In this document: piece by piece, positions 57,487-64,000 of the stretch
How positions within the stretch are numbered: the first letter of the stretch is position 1
Layout: each line of letters starts with the position of its first letter
DNA from: Ilumatobacteraceae bacterium
GTDB taxonomy: Bacteria > Actinomycetota > Acidimicrobiia > Acidimicrobiales > Ilumatobacteraceae
Reading direction: 5' to 3'
Assembly: GCA_044338135.1 (NCBI GenBank)
Contig: JBIIMF010000001.1
Span: 8,752-72,751, forward strand
Length of the DNA: 64,000 nt
The notes under the pieces: model-generated
The model's database searches: none
Told to the model about the DNA's origin: nothing
The model's input: only the letters and a program-made list of their open reading frames with translations
Translations under genes and position numbers: made by a program

Positions 57487-58623
57487 CTAACGAGCCGCCG
57501 AAACAGGAAGCTTCTTGCGCGTCAGAGTGACAGGCTTTGAATGATCCATGCTTGGCTTGGGTTCAGAACCTCGCGAAATCACTGAAAGTGCTTCGTCGGC
57601 ATCGCCGCCGACACATTCGGGGTCGGGGCCGTCGAGCGGCAAACCCGTAAAGAACTTGGCAGCCATGCAGCCACCTTGACACGCGTCAAAGGCACCGCAC
57701 GACGCGCATGCGCCAGCTGATTGCGGTTCACGAAGCGACAAGAAGAGATCGCTTTGCTTCCAGACTCGTGAGAATCCGCCCTCATCGCGCACATTGCCCG
57801 CTTTGAATTCATCATGAATGACGAACGGGCAGGCATACACATCGCCAATGGGGTCTATCAGACACACCACTCGACCAGCACCGCACATATTGAGGCCAGG
57901 TAGTGATTCGCCTAGTGCATTGAGGTGAAAGAACGAGTCGCCTGTTAAGACATTTTCGCCGTGCTTCAACAGCCAGTTGTAAATCTCGCGTTGCTGCGCA
58001 TTGGTCGGGTGGAGTTCATGCCACGTATCAGCACCACGTCCGGCTGGGCGTAAACGAGTGATACGCAACTGTGCACCGTAGTGATCGGCAAGGGCTTTGA
58101 ACTGATCAAGTTGCGAAACGTTATGGCGAGTTACGACCACTGAAATTTTGAATTGGCCGAAGTTGGCAGCTTTCAAATTTTCCATGGCGCGAATCGCCAT
58201 GTCGTACGAACCTTCGCCACGCACAGCATCGTTTGTCGCGGCGTCAACACCGTCAAGGCTGATTTGAATGTCGAGGTAGTCCATGGCGGCTAGGCGTTGT
58301 GCCTTCTCTTCATCAATGAATGCGCCGTTGGTACTGAACTTCACTCCGATGCCGTTTGCCACCGAGTACTCGAGTAGTTCAAAAAAGTCGCGACGTACCA
58401 TTGGTTCGCCGCCACCAATGTTGATGTAGAACACCTGTAGGTCACGAAGATCATCAAGGATCTTTTTTGCTTCGGCGGTCGAGAGTTCGCGTTCGTCGCG
58501 TTGACCACTTGATGATAAGCAATGCACACATTGCAAGTTGCACGCATAGGTAAGTTCCCAAGTAAGACAGATAGGGGCATCAAGGCCCCGCTTCATTTCT
58601 TCAACTAGCGATTTGGCGCTCAC
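57487..58623 (-). CDS. mftC: Mycofactocin radical SAM maturase MftC
   Basis: RGLDAPICLTWELTYACNLQCVHCLSSSG (CxxxCxxC) and a C-terminal SPASM Cys cluster. The GTG at 58623 gives an N-terminus of about the length I recall for the mycobacterial protein and overlaps the mftB end. Confidence 0.9.
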   Translation of the reverse strand: MSAKSLVEEMKRGLDAPICLTWELTYACNLQCVHCLSSSGQRDERELSTAEAKKILDDLRDLQVFYINIGGGEPMVRRDFFELLEYSVANGIGVKFSTNGAFIDEEKAQRLAAMDYLDIQISLDGVDAATNDAVRGEGSYDMAIRAMENLKAANFGQFKISVVVTRHNVSQLDQFKALADHYGAQLRITRLRPAGRGADTWHELHPTNAQQREIYNWLLKHGENVLTGDSFFHLNALGESLPGLNMCGAGRVVCLIDPIGDVYACPFVIHDEFKAGNVRDEGGFSRVWKQSDLFLSLREPQSAGACASCGAFDACQGGCMAAKFFTGLPLDGPDPECVGGDADEALSVISRGSEPKPSMDHSKPVTLTRKKLPVSAAR

Positions 58624-58879
58624 GCACGACCTCCGATGTTTCGAGCGATGACAAGGCTGCAACAAATGACGGCCAACGCTCTGGGGCTACTCCGCATGCA
58701 GTCAATGTTGACTGCACGTCGGGATGTGAATTAAGTGATTGCACCACGGTGACGACGTCGGGGTGCTTCAAAAAGATGAGGCGGCGATTGCCGTAGTGAT
58801 ACGCCAGCGCACCGAAAGTTTCTGGACGAACCGCTACTTGTGGATGGATTTCGAGAACTGACTCGAGAACGACAGACAT
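58601..58879 (-). CDS. mftB: Mycofactocin biosynthesis chaperone MftB (RRE/PqqD-like)
   Basis: HPQVAVRPETFGALAYHYGNRRLIFLK matches the MftB signature. The start at MSVVLES (58879) avoids overlap with mftA. Confidence 0.85.
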   Translation of the reverse strand: MSVVLESVLEIHPQVAVRPETFGALAYHYGNRRLIFLKHPDVVTVVQSLNSHPDVQSTLTACGVAPERWPSFVAALSSLETSEVVRERQIAS

Positions 58880-58908
58880 GGCGGTCTCGTTTGCCGTAAA
58901 CGCGAGGC

Positions 58909-59049
58909 TCAGTAGACGCCGCACATGCCGTCGATGGAAATTTCCTCGATGAGCAGTTCGGCTTCAATGGCGGGGGCGTCCCCATCTACATGGGCGACGG
59001 GGGAGTCTTCGATGACAGAAGTATCTGCGGTGACAATCGGGCTTTCCAT
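58909..59049 (-). CDS. mftA: Mycofactocin precursor peptide MftA (46 aa; absent from the ORF track)
   Basis: Hand translation of the minus strand: MESPIVTADTSVIEDSPVAHVDGDAPAIEAELLIEEISIDGMCGVY*. The canonical C-terminal IDGMCGVY is present. Lies 29 nt upstream of mftB. Confidence 0.85.
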   Translation of the reverse strand: MESPIVTADTSVIEDSPVAHVDGDAPAIEAELLIEEISIDGMCGVY

Positions 59050-59120
59050 GTCTTGAAGCGTACAACGCGCCGACTCACGAGCGACTACCGTTCGCCTGAT
59101 CTAATATGAATATCAATTCG

Positions 59121-59139
59121 GGTCATCGACACGATGACC
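59121..59139. promoter_or_regulatory. Perfect 8-bp inverted repeat in the mftA/adh divergent intergenic region (candidate operator)
   Basis: GGTCATCG-aca-CGATGACC, 21 nt upstream of the adh ATG (59160) and 72 nt upstream of the mftA start. Confidence 0.3.
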
Positions 59140-59159
59140 ACCTAGTCACGGGGGTGCAC

Positions 59160-60272
59160 ATGAAATCTAAGGCCGCAATTTTGTGGGAGACCAACAAGCC
59201 CTGGAGCGTTGAAGAGATCGAACTCGACGAGCCAAAAGCTGGTGAAGTACTTGTTGAAATGAAGGCATCAGGAATGTGCCATAGCGATGAGCACCTGATG
59301 ACGGGTGATCTTCCTTTTGCCCTGCCCATCATCGGTGGCCACGAAGGTGCTGGCATCGTTCGCAAAGTTGGCGAAGGCGTCAGCTGGCTAGCCCCGGGCG
59401 ACCACGTGGTTTTCGGTTTCATCCCGTCGTGCGGACGTTGCCCGAGCTGTTCAACAGGTCATCAAAACTTGTGTGATCTCGGTGCGTTGATGGGTGGCGG
59501 ACGTCAGATCACTGATGGCGGTTCACGTCACCACGCTCGTGGTCAAGAACTGGGCTTGATGTGCCTGCTCGGAACTTTTGCCCACCACACCGTGGTGAAT
59601 GAAGCCAGTTGTATCAAGGTCGATAACGATCTACCGTTCGACAAGGTGTGCCTCTTGGGCTGCGGAGTTGTGACAGGTTGGGGCTCAGCGGTTTATGCGG
59701 CCGAAGTCAAGCCTGGCGACACCGTTGCAGTTGTCGGCGTCGGCGGTATTGGCGCCAATGCGATTCAGGGTGCTCGTTTGGCAGGTGCCAAGCGCATCAT
59801 TGCTATTGATCCCGTTGAGTTCAAGCGCGAAAAGGCAATGGAGTTTGGGGCAACCCACACCGCGGCCTCAATGACCGATGCCGTGGCACTCCTTCAAGAG
59901 GTCACTTGGGGCACCATGGCCAACAAGGTCATTTTGACCATGGGCGTCGGTTCGGGCGCCCTCATGGCTGAAGCAATGGCTTTGGCCTCAAAACGGGGTC
60001 GTGTGGTTGTCACCAACATCCACCCCGCCATGGAAATGGGCGTCACGATGAACCTGCTCGACGTCACCTTGATGGAAAAGCAAGTCGTCGGTTCGCTGTT
60101 TGGTTCGGGGAACCCCCGTGCCGACATTCCGAAGTTGGCTGGTCTGTACCGCGAAGGTCAGCTTGATCTCGACGGTCTCGTGACCCGCACCTACTCGCTC
60201 GAAGGCGTCAACGACGGCTACGAAGCCATGCGCGCCGGCGAAAACATTCGTGGAGTTCTCGTTTACGAGTGA
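59160..60272 (+). CDS. Zn-dependent alcohol dehydrogenase, NDMA-dependent (nicotinoprotein) type, paralog 1
   Basis: GMCHSDEH, GHEGAG, structural Zn motif CGRCPSCSTGHQNLC and Rossmann VVGVGGIGANA. Divergent from mftA. Confidence 0.85.
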   Translation: MKSKAAILWETNKPWSVEEIELDEPKAGEVLVEMKASGMCHSDEHLMTGDLPFALPIIGGHEGAGIVRKVGEGVSWLAPGDHVVFGFIPSCGRCPSCSTGHQNLCDLGALMGGGRQITDGGSRHHARGQELGLMCLLGTFAHHTVVNEASCIKVDNDLPFDKVCLLGCGVVTGWGSAVYAAEVKPGDTVAVVGVGGIGANAIQGARLAGAKRIIAIDPVEFKREKAMEFGATHTAASMTDAVALLQEVTWGTMANKVILTMGVGSGALMAEAMALASKRGRVVVTNIHPAMEMGVTMNLLDVTLMEKQVVGSLFGSGNPRADIPKLAGLYREGQLDLDGLVTRTYSLEGVNDGYEAMRAGENIRGVLVYE

Positions 60273-60364
60273 GATCTGACGTGACTCGCCTAGAGCCGTG
60301 AGGTTCTAGGCGAGTAGCGTTCTCCTTGTAGGTGCGAAGGACGTGCCACGAAGGGGAGACCGCC

Positions 60365-61525
60365 ATGTCTGGAATCCGTAAGTCAAAGGCCGCCGTATTG
60401 TGGGGCTTGAATCAGCAGTGGAAGATCGAGGAAATCGAAATCCACCCACCGAAGACCGGTGAAGTGATTGTTCACTGGCGCGCTGCAGGTTTGTGCCACA
60501 GCGATGAGCACTTGGTCACTGGCGACATGGTTCCGCCCGAAGAGTTCTGGCCCCTCATGGGAATTGAAAGTTTCTTCCCGATCATCGGTGGCCACGAAGG
60601 TGCTGGCGTTGTTGTTGAAGTTGGTCCCGGAGTCACGAGCGTCGCAGTTGGCGATCACGTGTCCGCATCTTTCGTTCCGTCGTGTGGACGTTGCCGTTAC
60701 TGCAGCACCGGTCGTCAGAACTTGTGTGACAACGGTGCCAAGACATTTGTTGGCGGCATGATCACTGATGACACTCACCGTCACTTCGTTAATGGTCAGC
60801 CCGTCACGTTGATGGCCAAGGTCGGCACCTTCTCTGAGTACGCATGCGTGAGCGAGCAGTCAATCATCAAGGTTGAAAAGGACATCCCGCTTGAGTGTGT
60901 TGCGCTCGTGTCATGTGGTGTGGCCACTGGTTGGGGATCGGCCGCAAATCGCGCCGGCACGCAGCCTGGAGACACCGTTGTTGTCGTCGGTATCGGTGGC
61001 ATTGGTATGAACGCAGTGCAAGGTGCGCGCATGGCTGGAGCCAAGCGCATCATTGCTATCGACCCGATCGAGTTCAAGCGCGAAAAGGCCATGGAGTTCG
61101 GTGCAACTCACACATTCCCCTCAATGGCTGACGCCATGATGTCGGTGATGGAAATGACATACGGTCAGATGGCCGATCGCGTCATCATGACCCCTGGTGT
61201 TTTGCACGGCGAAATGATGGGTGAGGCCATGAACTTGGCTGGCAAGGGAAGCACCGTTGTGATTACCGCTATTTCGCCGATGACGAGCGAAACAGCAAAC
61301 ATCAACTTGTTCAACTTGGCGATGTGGAACAAGGAAATCAAGGGAACCATCTTTGGTTCGTTGAATCCTCGTGCCGACATTCCTGCGTTGCTCGATATGT
61401 ACCGCGCTGGTCAACTGAAGCTTGACGAACTCATCACCAAGACCTACAAGCTTGAAGACATCAACGAGGGCTATGAAGCCATGCGTGACGGCACGAACCT
61501 TCGTGGCGTTATTGTCAACGCCTGA
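60365..61525 (+). CDS. Zn-dependent alcohol dehydrogenase, NDMA-dependent (nicotinoprotein) type, paralog 2
   Basis: Same motif set (GLCHSDEH, GHEGAG, CGRCRYCSTGRQNLC, VVGIGGIGMNA). Carries an insertion of about 11 residues after the first Zn ligand relative to paralog 1. Confidence 0.85.
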   Translation: MSGIRKSKAAVLWGLNQQWKIEEIEIHPPKTGEVIVHWRAAGLCHSDEHLVTGDMVPPEEFWPLMGIESFFPIIGGHEGAGVVVEVGPGVTSVAVGDHVSASFVPSCGRCRYCSTGRQNLCDNGAKTFVGGMITDDTHRHFVNGQPVTLMAKVGTFSEYACVSEQSIIKVEKDIPLECVALVSCGVATGWGSAANRAGTQPGDTVVVVGIGGIGMNAVQGARMAGAKRIIAIDPIEFKREKAMEFGATHTFPSMADAMMSVMEMTYGQMADRVIMTPGVLHGEMMGEAMNLAGKGSTVVITAISPMTSETANINLFNLAMWNKEIKGTIFGSLNPRADIPALLDMYRAGQLKLDELITKTYKLEDINEGYEAMRDGTNLRGVIVNA

Positions 61526-61539
61526 TTGTTGACACATCA

Positions 61540-62457
61540 ATGACTCAGTCGTCGCGCAGTTCTCTGATCGCGTCGCTCGATGACACTGTCATCGGGCGAC
61601 GTCGTGAAGTTGAACTAGTAGTCGCAGCACTTGATGCTGATCGGCATGTGTTGCTTGAAGGACCACCCGGAACTGGCAAGAGCACGCTGTTGCGTGCTGT
61701 CGCCGAAGGATTGGGTATCGGTTTTGTTTTCGTTGAAGGTAATGCCGAACTGACTCCCGCGCGACTTGTTGGTCACTTCGATCCGGCTCGAGTACTCACT
61801 GATGGTTATGACCCTGATGTGTTTGTTGACGGTCCTTTGGTGACCGCAATGCGTGATGGCTCGTTGTTGTATGTCGAAGAAATCAATCGTATTCCCGAAG
61901 AAACTTTGAACGTTCTCATCACGGTCATGAGCGAGGGCGAACTCAATGTGCCACGCTATGGTCGAGTGGCGGCTTCGTCGGGTTTCCGTTTAGTCGCAGC
62001 GATGAATCCGTTTGATGCTGTCGGCACTGCGCGTATTTCTGGTGCGGTATACGACCGCGTATGTCGTGTGTCAGTTGGCTATCAAAATGCTGAAGTTGAA
62101 CAGCGCATCGCTGGACGCGGTATGAAGAACCTTCCTGATGGTTGGCTCGACAAGGTTGTTGAGTTGGTGCGTCGCACGCGTACCCACAGTGATCTTCGCG
62201 TTGGTTCTTCAGTGCGTGGAGCAATTGACATGGCTGCTGTGACAGTGTCGCTTGCGAGCGTGCGCTCACTCACAGTTCTTGATGCGGGTGTCGGACTTGA
62301 TGCAGCACTCGTTGCGTTGTCGGGTCGTGTGCGGGTACGTGAAGGAAGTATGCGCACCGCCGAAGACATCATCACTGAATTGTGGAATGAGGTGTTTGCC
62401 CCCGCTCCGCAAGGCGAATCGGGAAAAGCGAGCGCCCCAGTGGGGGCGACCCACTAG
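61540..62457 (+). CDS. MoxR family AAA+ ATPase
   Basis: Walker A LLEGPPGTGKS, Walker B LLYVEEINR and the typical MoxR length. 14 nt after adh paralog 2. Confidence 0.85.
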   Translation: MTQSSRSSLIASLDDTVIGRRREVELVVAALDADRHVLLEGPPGTGKSTLLRAVAEGLGIGFVFVEGNAELTPARLVGHFDPARVLTDGYDPDVFVDGPLVTAMRDGSLLYVEEINRIPEETLNVLITVMSEGELNVPRYGRVAASSGFRLVAAMNPFDAVGTARISGAVYDRVCRVSVGYQNAEVEQRIAGRGMKNLPDGWLDKVVELVRRTRTHSDLRVGSSVRGAIDMAAVTVSLASVRSLTVLDAGVGLDAALVALSGRVRVREGSMRTAEDIITELWNEVFAPAPQGESGKASAPVGATH

Positions 62458-62486
62458 CCAAAGAGGGTGCTGCTGCCGATGACGCA

Positions 62487-63380
62487 GTGAATGAAGCATC
62501 AAAGAAAACTTTGTCGCGACGTGAGTTGTCACGTAATCCACAATTTGAACAAGTGTCGCCCGAAGTTGGTGAACTTGATGAAACTGCCGTTGAAGAAGGT
62601 CTTGAAGAAGACCCCGATGCGATGCTCGCGCTACTGGCCGATCTCACGGGTGCGACTGATCAGAAGTTACGTGATCTTGCGAAGCGACTGGCTGGACGTT
62701 TGTTTTTAGATGTGTCTAAACGTGGCCCAGTGTCACCACGCGGAATTGGCAAGATGGCAACTCGTCCGTATCGCCCAGATGCTGGAGACATTGACCTTGA
62801 TGCCTCAATGGATGCAATCCTCGAGGCACGTGCTTCACGACGAGCCATAGATCCCGAAGGTTTAAAGGTTCGAAGTTGGGTGAAGCCAGGGACGGCAATT
62901 TCGCTCTTAGTTGATCGCAGCGGATCAATGGGTGGGAAGCCGCTCGCGACATCAGCGATGGCTGCTGCCGCCGTTGCGTGGCGCAGCCCCGAGGACTACA
63001 GCGTGATTGCATTCGGAAAAGATGTTGTTGTCGCAAAGGGCCAAACATCAACAAAGTCGGGCGAACAAGTAGTCAACGACGTGTTGGCATTGCGTGGTTT
63101 TGGCACCACCGATTTGGCGGGAGCATTACTCGCTGCCGGTGATCAGTTGTCGCGCACTCGAGCTGGGCGACGAATCACCGTGATATTGAGTGATTGTCGA
63201 GCAACCGTAGAAGGCGATGTGCACGCTGCAGCGAGGGCACTCGACGAGGTAGTCATTTTGGCGCCGCTGGGCGATGACGCCGAGGCTCGAGTGTTGGCTT
63301 CGCAAGTTGGCGCACGTATTGCTTGCATTGACGGACCAAGTGATATTCCATCGGCATTGCAGACCGTTCTCGGGGACTAA
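62487..63380 (+). CDS. VWA domain-containing protein (MoxR partner)
   Basis: MIDAS motif LVDRSGSMGG...GTTD in the C-terminal half. Acidic N-terminal linker. Confidence 0.8.
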   Translation: MNEASKKTLSRRELSRNPQFEQVSPEVGELDETAVEEGLEEDPDAMLALLADLTGATDQKLRDLAKRLAGRLFLDVSKRGPVSPRGIGKMATRPYRPDAGDIDLDASMDAILEARASRRAIDPEGLKVRSWVKPGTAISLLVDRSGSMGGKPLATSAMAAAAVAWRSPEDYSVIAFGKDVVVAKGQTSTKSGEQVVNDVLALRGFGTTDLAGALLAAGDQLSRTRAGRRITVILSDCRATVEGDVHAAARALDEVVILAPLGDDAEARVLASQVGARIACIDGPSDIPSALQTVLGD

Positions 63381-63423
63381 AACTTGATGTTGAGTGTGTA
63401 GCACTAAGTGCTACACTTGCCAA

Positions 63424-63678
63424 ATGGCACAAGTAATTTCTCAAAGAGAGTTCAGGAATGATTCCGCTGAAATCATGCGTCGGCTTGATCTGGGCGAAAG
63501 TTTCATCATCACTCGTAATGGTCAAAGTGTTGGAGAACTGACGCCACTTCGCCGACAACGATTTGTGTCAGTCGATCATTTTCTTGCAACGATGCAAAAT
63601 GCTCCCGTGATTGATTCCGCAAGATTTCGCTCTGATCTTGATTCAGTGCTTGACCAAGACCTGATGCCTCTTGCCTGA
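63424..63678 (+). CDS. Type II antitoxin (Phd/YefM-like)
   Basis: MAQVISQREFRNDSAEIMRRLDLGESFIITRNGQSVGELTPL. The downstream PIN gene overlaps its end. Confidence 0.75.
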   Translation: MAQVISQREFRNDSAEIMRRLDLGESFIITRNGQSVGELTPLRRQRFVSVDHFLATMQNAPVIDSARFRSDLDSVLDQDLMPLA

Positions 63679-64000
63679 TCAGCAACCCCGGACAGGAGTT
63701 CTAGATACTTCTGTCATCATCGATCTCGCTCAAATACAACGCGAGTTGTTACCGAACGAATTTGCGGTAAGCGCAGTCACGATGGCGGAACTGGCTGCAG
63801 GGCCACATGCAACATCGGATTCGCAGGAGCGTGCTCGGCGCCAGGATTTACTCCAGAGAGTTGAAGCATCGTTGGACCCATTGCCGTTTGATGCCGAGGC
63901 GGCACGCGCATTTGGTCGGCTCTATGCGAGCGTTTATCACGAAGGGACGAAGGCCCGTGGATCCAGGGCACTAGACCTAATGATCGCAGCAACAGCTATG
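63671..64000 (+). CDS. vapC: Type II toxin VapC (PIN domain), 3' end runs off the window; absent from the ORF track
   Basis: Hand translation: (L)PDQQPRTGVLDTSVIIDLAQIQRELLPNEFAVSAVTMAELAAGPHATSDSQERARRQDLLQRVEASLDPLPFDAEAARAFGRLYASVYHEGTKARGSRALDLMIAATAM... Shows PIN acidic residues (LDTS, MAEL, DLMIAATA). The TTG start at 63671 is tentative. Confidence 0.7.
   Translation, partial: MPDQQPRTGVLDTSVIIDLAQIQRELLPNEFAVSAVTMAELAAGPHATSDSQERARRQDLLQRVEASLDPLPFDAEAARAFGRLYASVYHEGTKARGSRALDLMIAATAM

Overview
Gene-dense chromosomal segment (about 65 CDS and 1 tRNA) from a moderate-GC member of the Actinomycetota (GC roughly 50% by eye, not computed). The lineage call rests on WhiB, a PdtaS-type kinase, PAC2, UPF0182, a mycothiol-type DinB enzyme, the SCO1664/DUF3090/phosphomutase triad and mycofactocin genes. 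Most of the window is housekeeping or metabolic: glnD, hemQ/chdC, modABC, etfBA, plsY, mrp/apbC, an L-fuconate dehydratase cluster, a Baeyer-Villiger monooxygenase and three PIN-type toxin-antitoxin pairs. I saw no rRNA, CRISPR array, transposase, integrase or prophage block. Four things deserve a second look. (1) Two adjacent ORFs (10815..11897, minus strand) are one thioredoxin-fold gene interrupted only by an in-frame TGA at the redox motif (W-S-S-Y-U-G-C), followed by a SECIS-like hairpin, so this is a candidate selenoprotein. (2) A 46-codon mftA precursor ending IDGMCGVY is missing from the ORF track. It heads an mftA-mftB-mftC-FadH/OYE cluster with no mftD/E/F/R in the window, and it lies divergent to two tandem nicotinoprotein-type alcohol dehydrogenases that are followed by a MoxR/VWA pair. 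(3) A DivIVA-domain protein has a C-terminus resembling a phage Mu F-like HxxCRC motif. (4) An orphan beta-class DNA methyltransferase carries an uncharacterised C-terminal domain. All homology statements come from reading motifs by eye; no database search was possible.
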